Below, one piece after another: positions 50,191-61,571 of a DNA stretch of 64,000 bases; position 1 is the stretch's first letter, and each line of letters begins with the position of its first letter. The stretch comes from Selaginella moellendorffii (taxonomy: Eukaryota > Plantae > Lycopodiophyta). A program made the position numbers and the translations under genes. Below the pieces are notes generated by a model. That model did no database searches, was not told the DNA's origin, and saw nothing but the letters and a program-made list of their open reading frames with translations. The DNA is taken from NCBI RefSeq assembly GCF_000143415.4, contig NW_003314264.1, positions 2,117,710-2,181,709 of the forward strand, in the 5' to 3' direction.

Positions 50191-53100
50191 TTCTTCTATG
50201 GGTGGTGGAGTTGTAAGGAACCGACTCCCCGAGATGTTGTAGGCTAAAGGATCCCCAAAAGCTTGACCGAAATGACAAAGAGTTTATCGGATGGGACCAA
50301 GTCGAGGATCGAGTCCAAGACCGACTCTAGGACCGAGTTCGAGATAGAGTCCGGAATCGAGTCCGAGACCGACTCGGGGACCGAGTTCGAGTCCGAGTTC
50401 GAGACCGAGTTCGAGACGGAGTCCGAGATCCGAAATCGGGTCCAAGACCGAGTCCGAGGTCGAGTCCAAGGTCGGGTCCGAGATCGGGTCCGAGATCGAG
50501 TCCGTGATCGAGTCCGAACCCGAATCCGAAGTCGGATCCGAAATCGGGTCCGAGATCGAGCCAGAGACTAAGTCCAAATACTAATACGGGTCAAGGGGTG
50601 AAAGCCCAAAGCGTGCGTCTCCCAGGGGGGGGGGGCTGCAGGGGGTTCCAAAAGTATAGTAGGGATAGTGAGGTCTAGGAACCAGTTTAGAAGGGACTCT
50701 CCAGTTGGGCTTCCAAACCGACTTGAGGTTGGGACTGGGACCGAGGGGCCTTGGGTGGGAGTGAGCATAGACTTGGCTGGTGCCGGAGGGGCCATCCAAG
50801 GAAGTGCTCAAGAGCAGCTCCCACTCCCGAAAGGGAAACCGACTGCGGTGCTCCCGGCTCAGGTGGAGTGGTGCCCCACTTGAGTACCTTGTGGCTCATT
50901 GGTCCTCGCCCTTCCGGGGGCTTGGGCCTTCCCTTCGGGATGGAAGTGGGGGGTAGAGGTACCCATACCGGGCTGTTAAGCCACGGTGTTTCACCCCGAC
51001 GTCCCGAAGCAAGTGCTGCACCCAAGGCTTGGGATTTAGAGGGTCCCATGATCAAGCCTTGTGGTACCTTGGGGTGTTAGGAATCTGGAGGCTTGGTGTG
51101 CTTGGCTGCTTGTGCTTGCGGGGAGTGTAGCCGAACCTTAAGTCCAGTTTAACCCGGGGAGGGGGATTGGGAGAGATTTGGGAATCCGTAGATGGATGGC
51201 TAACACTCCGTTGCTCGTGCAGTAAGTAGCTGAAACCAAGTAGGAGCTGGCACCATAGGCGAGAACCTTGGCGAGGGAACTTAGCACAAGCCAAGGCAGA
51301 GTTGGTCGGATAGGCGAGGTAAGCTGGCAAATTGGAAAGGAAAAATTTGTGGCTTACAAGCGCAAGTGCGACGCATGTTCCCTCCGTGGATCTTAAGAAC
51401 CGTGCTACATGGATTCAGACAAAGGTGTTTCTAAACAACCCCGAGGGGGAGGTGGTAGCTAAGGGCTTAGCCACAATTGTCGATCCAAGAGATGCGGTTG
51501 CTAATCAAGAATTGGGCTGGGATGATATTGGAGTTGCAATTTTAGAGGTTGTTGACACAGAAGAAAACAGTCTGACTATTGGAAGAATTGTGCGGTGGAA
51601 ATTGAGGCACTTAGTGTTTGAGAATGTGAAGGATTCACAATCAAACACCACTACAATTGATGACAGAACATCTCTTCATGGGAAAAGAAAGTACACCTTC
51701 CTAAAGCGCAGCCAAAGGGATCTGAACAACGAACCGAAAAGGCAGAAAATGGCAATGGAGGTTCGAATGGTCTCGACAGTTGCTTGTTGCAAGAGGAGGT
51801 GCTATCAACATGCTGATTGGGATGCTATTGAAGAGGAGAGAGCAAGATACAAGACATTGTCCTGGAAGGTAGCTCGCAATTTTGTGTATGAGGCATTATG
51901 GTCATCTGTTGATGCTTCAGAACATCAGGTGGGGGGCATGGTCTTCTAGAGGGGTTTGGTCTGCATGAAGGCATGGAGAATCATTTATAGAGTCCCTCGA
52001 ACCACATTCTACAGAATCAAAACTGAGTTCGAGGAACAAAGGGTTCAACAGGCAGTCCATGGGAACGACGGTACGCACAAAACTAGGGGTCACGTTGTAT
52101 ATGGAGAGGCAATCTTCAAGAGGTTTGTCGAGACATGTAGCGAGCAGCAACCACATAAAACCCGCCTCTTGGAAGATAGAACACGAGACACCCAACGAGT
52201 TCTCCCTTCCATGTATACCAAGGGGGCCATATTGGAAGATGTGAATCGGGAACTCCAGAGTAATGGCTACAGGAAGCTGAGCCAATCTAGATTTAGTAGA
52301 TTGTGGAGCAACAGGTTCAGGGATGTGAGTATAGGAAAGTACTCCAGCTTTTCAAAGTGTGACGAGTGCACTGCTATCAAAATGGCTTTGTCGAAGAATT
52401 CTTGCAGCGCTCAAGAGCGAGAGACGTTGGTTAGAAGGCGGCTCGACCACAACATCGAGCAGAGAAGCTGCAGGACTGCATATTATCATAACAGGATTCT
52501 CTCCATGGAGAGACCTGACTCTTACCTCTGCATCATCCATGACAAAATGGACCAGAAAAAGACGTGCTTACCTTGACTCAATCCCGCCCCCAAGGCAATC
52601 TCTTCATCCATGCAGCTGCCTGTGTCTCTGTTTGGCATAATCGCTCATGGGCATGGTGCCCAGAACTATGGGAACTTCTTTGTACCTCTATAGGGTGGCG
52701 GGGGTGCAAACATGATGATTGCGTCCCTAGCAAAACACTTAAGGTCTCTGCAAAGTGCGTAGACTGAGCTGAACGGCCAACCCTTGCATAAGGCCCTTGT
52801 TGATCGAACCCCATACAGGGTTCAACTAAAGGAGGAGCAAAGGCTTGCAATATTGCGTGAGGCCCCATGCCATCCCAATGAATATGTTGGCCGTCAGATT
52901 GTAGGGTTATCACGTGAGGCCTCATGCCATTCCGACGAGGCTGGTCGCCCGGTGAATGCACAGCCTCATCCAAACGAAGCAGAATCTCAAGGAAGTTCTT
53001 GCGGCCGATGTGGCCTTCCACCCCATCTTCTGCTCCAAACAGACAATGCTGGCAGTGAGAACAAAAACATGTACGTCTTCGCGTACTTGGCGATGCTTGT

Positions 53101-53856
53101 TGCCAAAGGCATATTTGAAACGGTTACACTTGGCTTTCTCATAGTTGGGCACACTCATGAAGACGTCGATGCCATGTTCAGTCACCTGGCAAAGTTCCTC
53201 CGGCGATCCAATGTCCTCACCCTCCCACAACTCTACGATGAATTCCAAAATTGCATCAAAGGCACTGTTGAAGCTGCACTTGTGACAGAGGTTCCAGACT
53301 TTAAGGGGTTTGTAAGAGGCTACATCAGGGATGGATCCGAAACGCTGATTGGCCACTCCAAGCCTCTTCAGTTTCATTTCAGCATGCGTGACGGTGCTCC
53401 AGTGATGAGGTACAAGATGAGAGAATGGGACACAGTGTGGCTGCCAGTGGATAGCATTGAACTCTTCAAGAGAGATCCCATAACTGGGGAACCTATGATT
53501 CCTCAGGGTTCCCCACGGCCGATGCACCCGGATGGACTCAAAGACCAGGAAAGTATAGTGGCCGGGATTAGACAGCATTTTGCCTTCTGGAAGAGGGGGT
53601 TAGTGTTTGGTGGAGAATCCTATTTTAAGAGGTGCAAGCCTTTGCTCGAATACTGGGAGAAGATTATATCTGCTATCCAAAATGGGCCGGTTGTATATGA
53701 AGAATTGGAAGAGTCCTTTTGGCCAGAACCTAGAGCACCAGATAGTAGCGGAACAATGTCCTCTGGAAATGCAGTGACAGATAACAATGTTGAGGATCAC
53801 TATTGTGGGCCGAGGAACAAGAAGCCGGATTCAGCATTCAATCCAGTACAAGTCTG

Positions 53857-54457
53857 TGTGAGACACAAAATCCCTAGGCCCCAAAGTGGAGCTGGAAGGG
53901 TGCCACGTGGTAGTGGCCAAAGCGAGAGCCAAACGAGTGTAACACGTTTGGACCAAAAGCTCCGACTTGAAAAGTCAAGAGCGGGAGTGGAACTCCCAAC
54001 GAAGTGCTCGAGGAACGAGCACGAAGCGAGCAAAAGGCGAGGCTCCAAAAAGGGACCCAAAAGGACCAACACATGACACGTGGGAGTGTCCGAGATGGAG
54101 TCCGAAGTGGAGTCCAAGATGGACCCGAGTTGGAGTCCGAAGTGGAGTCCGAGATGGACCCGAGATGGACCCGAAATGGAGTCCGAAATGGAGTCCGAGA
54201 TGGACCCGAGATGGACCCGAGATGGAGTCCGAGATGGAGTCCGAGATGGAGTCCGAGATGGACCCGAGATGGAGTCCGAGATGGAGTCCGAGATGGAGTC
54301 CGAGATGGAGTCCGAGATGGACCTGAGATGGACCCGAGATGGAGTCCGAGATGGAGTCCGAGATGGACCCGAAATGGAGTCCGAGATGGAGTCCGAGATG
54401 GACCCGAGATGGAGTCCGAGATGGAGTCCGAGATGGGCCCGAGATGGAGTCCGAAGT

Positions 54458-54500
<43 letters not shown>

Positions 54501-57500
54501 AAGACCGAGATCGGGACCGAGACCGAGACCGAGGCCGAGGCCGAGACCGAGGCCGAGCCCGAGTCCGAGTCCGAATCCGAATCCGAGTCCGAGTCCGAGT
54601 CCGAGTCCGAGTCCGGAGCCTGAGAGGGTGAAAGCCCAAAGCGTTCGTCTCCCAGACCCTGGGGGGTTTGGTGAGCTCCAAAAGTATAGTAGGGGGAGGA
54701 CTGCAGTGGAGCCAGTTTGGCCAGGAAAGGCCAGTTTGGCCCAGGAAGGCCGGACCCAGTGTTGGGTGATGAGCTACCCACTGGGAAGTCCAAGACTAGA
54801 GTGAACACGGACCGACAAGCGGGGTAGCTTGGTGAAGTGTTCAAGAGCCGGCTCTAGTTCCCCCGGGAGATCGACTGGCCGATGCTCCCAGTCCAAGTGT
54901 GGGTGGCACTACCTACTTGGATACCTGGTGTGGCTCAATGGAACCCGCTCTAAGCCCATGGCTAGAGCACCCAAGGGCAGAAGGCGAGGAGAGTACCCAG
55001 GTGGCTCGCGTAAGGCCACGGTGTTCCGAAATGTTGTCCCAAAGGCCCAGATTGTGGAAAGGAAGAGGAGCAGTCCTCTGGGGTAGTGACCAAGGACACA
55101 GTCGTGTGGTGAGGAAGTCCCAGAGGACCGTAGGACTTAGTGGTCGGGCCTGTGGGTCTCGATCCAGTGGCAGTGTTGGCAAACATGGCCAGGGGCAGAA
55201 AGGGACTTAGTGGGGACTGACAGAGGGATATTGGGGAAGGCTATTCCCCTTGTCGGTGGGCATCCTAAGGATGCTAAGGAGTGGATCTGAGATGACCACT
55301 CACGGATGGTTTGCCTAGTCTTGGAGGGCCAAGACGGAGATGCAAGTGGTGTTGGACCACCAGTGTGACCAAGGTAAATGGGCATGGCCTTAGCGTAACG
55401 GGCCGGTACGTCGGTGATACCTTGGGGTGTCGATCATGGGATCGAACACGTGGAGCACTTGGACCAAGTGCTAAGGTTGAGTGGCATGGATGCCATTCTC
55501 GGGGCTAGCAAGCCCCAAGTCCTGAGTTGGACTTATGGAGGTTGTCAATGAGACTCCTCCAAGTGGTCAGACATGTGGTTAAGTGACTAAAGTAAAATGG
55601 AAAATTTAGTCGCTTACAACTTGGTATCAGAGCTGTTCCTTAGTCCGACTTTTATTGGTGCTCAAGTATATCACCACTAGTGTTGGCATCGGAAGGTCCG
55701 AGGAGTGGGCCTATCCTTGAGGAGTAGCAAGTCGGGAGGACATGGCTCTCCATTACAGTTCATGTGTGAACTTGTAGACGAGGTGGTGGATAGAAAAGGG
55801 CCAATAATGGAACGACTTTGGGATCTTGGGAACAGTGCAAGGTTTTCCTCATTGAGTTGAGGATGTGATCCGGATGAGCATTTGTCTCAGCAAATTGGCT
55901 AAGGTTGTTGTGGTAAACAACTAAAGTTGGGATCACGGGAAAGATAGAGACTCCAAACAATAAAGGAGTCACAAGATTATCCTCATATAGTTGAGGTTGG
56001 TGCTCATGAAGGTGAGACCAGAAGTAATGACCGTGGGAGGTCAAATACGGAAGAGGACTCAAGTCCTTGAAAAGGTAGCCGGGGCTACCTCTAATAAATG
56101 CTGGAACAACCCCAGGAGTTGGGGGTGTATTAAGTGGATGAGTTGGTGTTCTCATCACATGGACAAGTAGTCCTAAGGGGCAAAGGTTGCCCCCAGAGAA
56201 CAAAATCAAGTGTCGGAGTAACACTTGTGAAAATAGTCCTTTTGAGTAGGACAGGAATGCCAGAAGTGTATTCCAGTGAGCTAGTGCCTCACAAGTAGGA
56301 CCTTACGGGTCTGTGGATTAACCAAGTCTAAAATTGCTGGATGACTCAAGTAGAGTCAACGGATGGTCCTAAAAGGACTGATGGAAGCATTTGGACTGAG
56401 GTGTGTTGTACCCCACAAAGGATGGGGGGGGGATCATAGGATCCAAGGATGAGAACAGAGGGTATCTCATTGATGGCAAAATGTGCCATGCTAAAGTTAT
56501 GGGAAAGGTGTTCCTAGAAGAAAAAACAACTTTGACACAAAGTCGTGTGTGACCTCTATGGTGCAGTGCTAACGGATGGTTGGCATGAGAAAGGGCGGTG
56601 TTGGTCTTGGCAAAGACTTAGACACGAAAGGGAAATGTCATAGAGGTAGGCTCGTGGAGCCGATGGTGTGGAGACACCAAATGTGCCAAGGTGTGACACC
56701 TTGAGGCTATGTTGGTGGGTTCATGAGAACCCCTTGCCAAAGGAATCCCAATGGAAATGGGAATGGCATAGCCTAAGCTGCAGAGCATGCAGTTGGAGTG
56801 TGGTGACCCAGATAATGATGGAGGTGTGAAAGCACCAAGCAATAAGTTGTAGGACTTGATAACTATGAGGCAACTAAGCAAGAGGTGCAAAATAACTGGT
56901 TAAACGGGTAGAAGGTAGCTACCCAAGACTTCTTAATAGCATAAGGAAGTTGGATATACCCTTACGGGGGATAAGTTGCTTGTGTTGCGATATAGTAAGT
57001 CAATGTCATAAAAGGAAATACTCATTGTCAAGAAAGCCATCATTGGGACACCCGGACACTCTAGAACACCAGAAGGTGGTGTTTGATGTCGCGAGGGCAA
57101 TGGATAAAGCCCAAGGGACTAAGTCCCTAGCGAATGATGGATAGAAGGTGCTATCCAAATGTCCAAGGTTGCGGAGATAGGAGAGGACTGTCTACCCGAG
57201 TTGGACAAAGCCAAAAATGGAATTTTGGCAAGGCTAGTGATGGGCATGTAAAGGCCCATAAGCAACAATGTAATCCCAGTGTGTGGGATTATAAGGTGAG
57301 CATACCCGGATTGAGGAACCACTCCCTAGGCTATTGGGTAGGTTCATCCCTAAGAATACTTGCTAAAGCAAGATAGAAAGTGCAAAGCTATCCTCCCGGT
57401 CTGGAGGAGAATGACCAAAGGAAAGGTGTGAAGCCAAAAAGCAAGAAGTAAGGGGATAGAACCGAACCATAGGAATCAAAGGGCATAACCAAGGTTGGTT

Positions 57501-60417
57501 ATGCCAGCTGGGAGTGGAAAATCAAGTGGGGGCTCAAGGGTGTTGCCGCTAGCAACCGTGATGCCATGGAGAGTCTAAAATATGGAATTGTCCATGTTAG
57601 ACTATATGGCATTTGGAAGGCTTGCAAAAAGGGAGGCCTTAACAAGCTGAGGGATAGAGTTCCTTCAAGGTTCCCAAAGACGATTCTAGGTAGCGTAGTA
57701 CCTAGAAAGGCCAAGTGTAAATGGTTCATGGAATGCGCGAAATCAGAGTGGCGCAGCAGAAGCGTGGTCTTGAAGCTTGCCATGAGGCAAGGTTATCAAG
57801 GTTAGGGAAGTAGTTCCCGAGTGTTCAAAGAGAGGGCTTTGAACGAAAGTCGATGGTCAAGGACTTTCACGCTTATGCAAGAACCATGTTACAATGGTCG
57901 GAGAACTTGCCAAGTGAGATTGGCACGTCGGGGGAACAAAGACCCTAGTTGAAGGTGATAACTTCAAAAAGGGTGGGCCATGGGGCCGAGCATGGAGGAG
58001 TCCATGCATGATCACAGACATGTCAAGTGAGAGGACTTGGCAGTGTGGAGGAACTAGGTTCCTAAGCTGTGATCTGTAGCGCGCTTTAAAAATAGGTTGG
58101 TGCACCGGCGTGGGGAGTCACGCCAGGCATCTAGTGTGATGCCGTCCGTAGATGCATATACGGAGGTTGGGTTCGAGTCCCGACCCTCTAGTGCTTGGGT
58201 TCGAGTCCCAAATCACTAGGGCGTGGTGATGGTTTGGAATATGAGGACACTCATATTTCGGTGGTCATGGACTCTCAGTGGGGAGACTGGTTTGGGCACA
58301 CCGCCAAGCGAGGGATGCCTCGGAGTCGTGATGCACGGTTAGATTGCTTAGTGTGAAAGCTCAGCATATCTAACTTGAACGCTTTGGTGCAAGTGGCACC
58401 AAGGTCGTGGTGAGTGAGATGGGGACACCTAATCTCAATTGCTATGAACCCTTGGCCGTAAGGGCTAGCTTGGGTGCACCGCCAAGTGTGGGGGATGCCC
58501 CCGGGGTTATAGTCAACAACTTGGAGGTCTAGAAGACCAAGTACCTCTTGGCAACTCTGTTAAGGTGCCAAGGTGAGATCACTAGGTGATCTTATGGCCA
58601 GATAAGGACAAGGTCCTTGGTTGGCTAAGGAATGAAGTTCCTGGTTCAAAATGTTGAAATTGAACTATTTAAGATGGTGTGGCTTGGTCGTGATGACCAA
58701 GTGGGAAGAGCACCTAAGGGAAATAAACTATGTCCGTCCGATGGTATAGTGAGTCCGAGGAAAGTAGTCTCTATAAAAGACCCATGGGAGGGTCACGAAG
58801 TTGGGCCATGGATAGAGCCCATAGCAGAAGATGTTAAAGAGACGTACTAGGGGTGAACATCCTCCGAACTTGGCAAAGAAGAGTCTTTGCTATGGAACCT
58901 CAGGGATACCTCAAAAATGGAGGTAGCGGTCCGATGTTGCTGGGTGCAACAATCAAGGATAGGAGCAAAGGACTAGTGGCCAAGTTTGGGCCATGGAATT
59001 TAATGGAAAGGATCCAAATGGCAAAGTTAGCCAAGGAACACTAATGTGTTCGATGCTAACAGCTTGTGGGAAAGGAAGTGGACTTCCAAGGATGGATTCC
59101 TAAGTGCTCCAATTTGGCGAAGTAAAAGCTCCAAGTGAGGGAGCGGTAAGGTAGCCAAATGATAGGGCCATGGACAGCCCTAGCACAAAGTATGATAAAT
59201 GGAACTTAGTGCCCAAAGGTGGCACGAAATAGAAGAGAGGATGAGGGTGCCCTCAAATAATGAACTTCCTAGGATGGGAAAGTGGAGTTGCACAATCTGT
59301 GCAATGCAAGGTGTTGGGGACACCTAGGAAATTGACTTCCAAAAAGTCAAAAGAGTAAAAGTTCCAAGGTGCAAACATTCAATAGATGGAAATTGAGACT
59401 ACTCGAGAAGGAGTAGTGGGATTGACTTAGAGAAGGGTCTCTAAGAGGTTTAGCGAGAACTAAACCAATAAAAGGAGAGAACCACTACATGTGGTCCAAT
59501 CAGTCTCTAAGTTGGAGAGACTACCCTTCTTAGAGGATAGGCAAGGCATGGTGAGCCTTTGGTGTCAAACCATTGAGGCCTATGCTAAAGGCATGGTGAG
59601 CCTTCAATGTCAAACCATTGACAAATATTGGCTAGGTGCCAAGGATGGAAATGGTAACACATGCGAGTGTTACTTTACAAAATGGTTTACCGTTCGATGA
59701 GGACATCGAACTTCGTCTATGGGTGGTGGAGTTGTGAGACACAAAATCCCTAGGCCCCAAAGTGGAGCTGGAAGGGTGCCACGTGGTAGTGGCCAAAGCG
59801 AGAGCCAAATGAGTGTAACACGTTTGGACCAAAAGCTCCGACTTGAAAAGTCAAGAGCGGGAGTGGAACTCCCAACGAAGTGCTCGAGGAACGAGCACGA
59901 AGCGAGCAAAAGGCGAGGCTCCAAAAAGGGACCCAAAAGGACCAACACATGACACGTGGGAGTGTCCGAGATGGAGTCCGAAGTGGAGTCCGAGATGGAC
60001 CCGAGTTGGAGTCCGAAGTGGAGTCCGAGATGGACCCGAGATGGACCCGAAATGGAGTCCGAAATGGAGTCCGAGATGGACCCGAGATGGACCCGAGATG
60101 GAGTCCGAGATGGAGTCCGAGATGGAGTCCGAGATGGACCCGAGATGGAGTCCGAGATGGAGTCCGAGATGGAGTCCGAGATGGAGTCCGAGATGGACCC
60201 GAGATGGACCCGAAATGGAGTCCGAGATGGAGTCCGAGATGGAGCCGAAATGGAGTCCGAGATGGAGTCCGAGATGGACCCGAGATGGAGTCCGAGATGG
60301 AGTCCGAGATGGGCCCGAGATGGACCCGAGATGGAGTCCGAGATGGAGTCCGAGATGGAGTCCGAGATGGAGTCCGAGATGGAGTCCGAAGTCGAGACCG
60401 AGACCGAGACCGAGACG

Positions 60418-60463
<46 letters not shown>

Positions 60464-61571
60464 TCGGGACCGAGACCGAGACCGAGGCTGAGGCCGAGAC
60501 CGAGCCCGAGCCCGAGTCCGAGTCCGAATCCGAATCCGAGTCCGAGTCCGAGTCCGAGTCCGAGTCCGGAGCCTGAGAGGGTGAAAGCCCAAAGCGTTCG
60601 TCTCCCAGACCCTGGGGGGTTTGGTGAGCTCCAAAAGTATAGTAGGGGGAGGACTGCAGTGGAGCCAGTTTGGCCAGGAAAGGCCAGTTTGGCCCAGGAA
60701 GGCCGGACCCAGTGTTGGGTGATGAGCTACCCACTGGGAAGTCCAAGACTAGAGTGAACACGGACCGACAAGCGGGGTAGCTTGGTGAAGTGTTCAAGAG
60801 CCGGCTCTAGTTCCCCCGGGAGATCGACTGGCCGATGCTCCCAGTCCAAGTGTGGGTGGCACTACCTACTTGGATACCTGGTGTGGCTCAATGGAACCCG
60901 CTCTAAGCCCATGGCTAGAGCACCCAAGGGCAGAAGGCGAGGAGAGTACCCAGGTGGCTCGCGTAAGGCCACGGTGTTCCGAAATGTTGTCCCAAAGGCC
61001 CAGATTGTGGAAAGGAAGAGGAGCAGTCCTCTGGGGTAGTGACCAAGGACACAGTCGTGTGGTGAGGAAGTCCCAGAGGACCGTAGGACTTAGTGGTCGG
61101 GCCTGTGGGTCTCGATCCAGTGGCAGTGTTGGCAAACATGGCCAGGGGCAGAAAGGGACTTAGTGGGGACTGACAGAGGGATATTGGGGAAGGCTATTCC
61201 CCTTGTCGGTGGGCATCCTAAGGATGCTAAGGAGTGGATCTGAGATGACCACTCACGGATGGTTTGCCTAGTCTTGGAGGGCCAAGACGGAGATGCAAGT
61301 GGTGTTGGACCACCAGTGTGACCAAGGTAAATGGGCATGGCCTTAGCGTAACGGGCCGGTACGTCGGTGATACCTTGGGGTGTCGATCATGGGATCGGAC
61401 ACGTGGAGCACTTGGACCAAGTGCTAAGGTTGAGTGGCATGGATGCCATTCTCGGGGCTAGCAAGCCCCAAGTCCTGAGTTGGACTTATGGAGGTTGTCA
61501 ATGAGACTCCTCCAAGTGGTCAGACATGTGGTTAAGTGACTAAAGTAAAATGGAAAATTTAGTCGCTTACA
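53857..61571 (+). mobile_element. Intact LARD-type non-coding LTR element; LTRs 53857-55618 and 59733-61571
   Basis: TSD GTCTG at 53852-53856 and 61572-61576; PBS TGGTATCAGAGC at 55622-55633; same PPT and pre-PPT hairpin as the chromovirus; ~4.1-kb interior has no recognisable gag/pol. Confidence 0.9.

Larger units (their letters stand above)
43831..51358 (+). mobile_element. Full-length Ty3/gypsy chromovirus; LTRs 43831-44977 and 50212-51358
   Basis: TG...CA LTRs of 1147 bp with about 9 transition differences counted by eye; TSD AGCGC; PBS TGGTATCGGAGCC at 44981-44993; PPT GGGTGGTGGAGT at 50200-50211. Confidence 0.95.

Noticed and set aside
54618-54645. Hammerhead ribozyme (retrozyme) in the LTR at CTGAGAG...GAAA
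   Set aside because: No CUGAnGA core with the required stems, and the upstream part is not conserved in the chromovirus LTR.
53800-60800. Long overlapping ORFs such as MESEMESE, RPRPRP and GLGLHL (also at 8.1-8.7, 13.9-14.8, 30.1-30.7, 43.9-44.2 and 50.3-50.6 kb)
   Set aside because: Open in several frames because the LTR tandem units lack stop codons; not real proteins.
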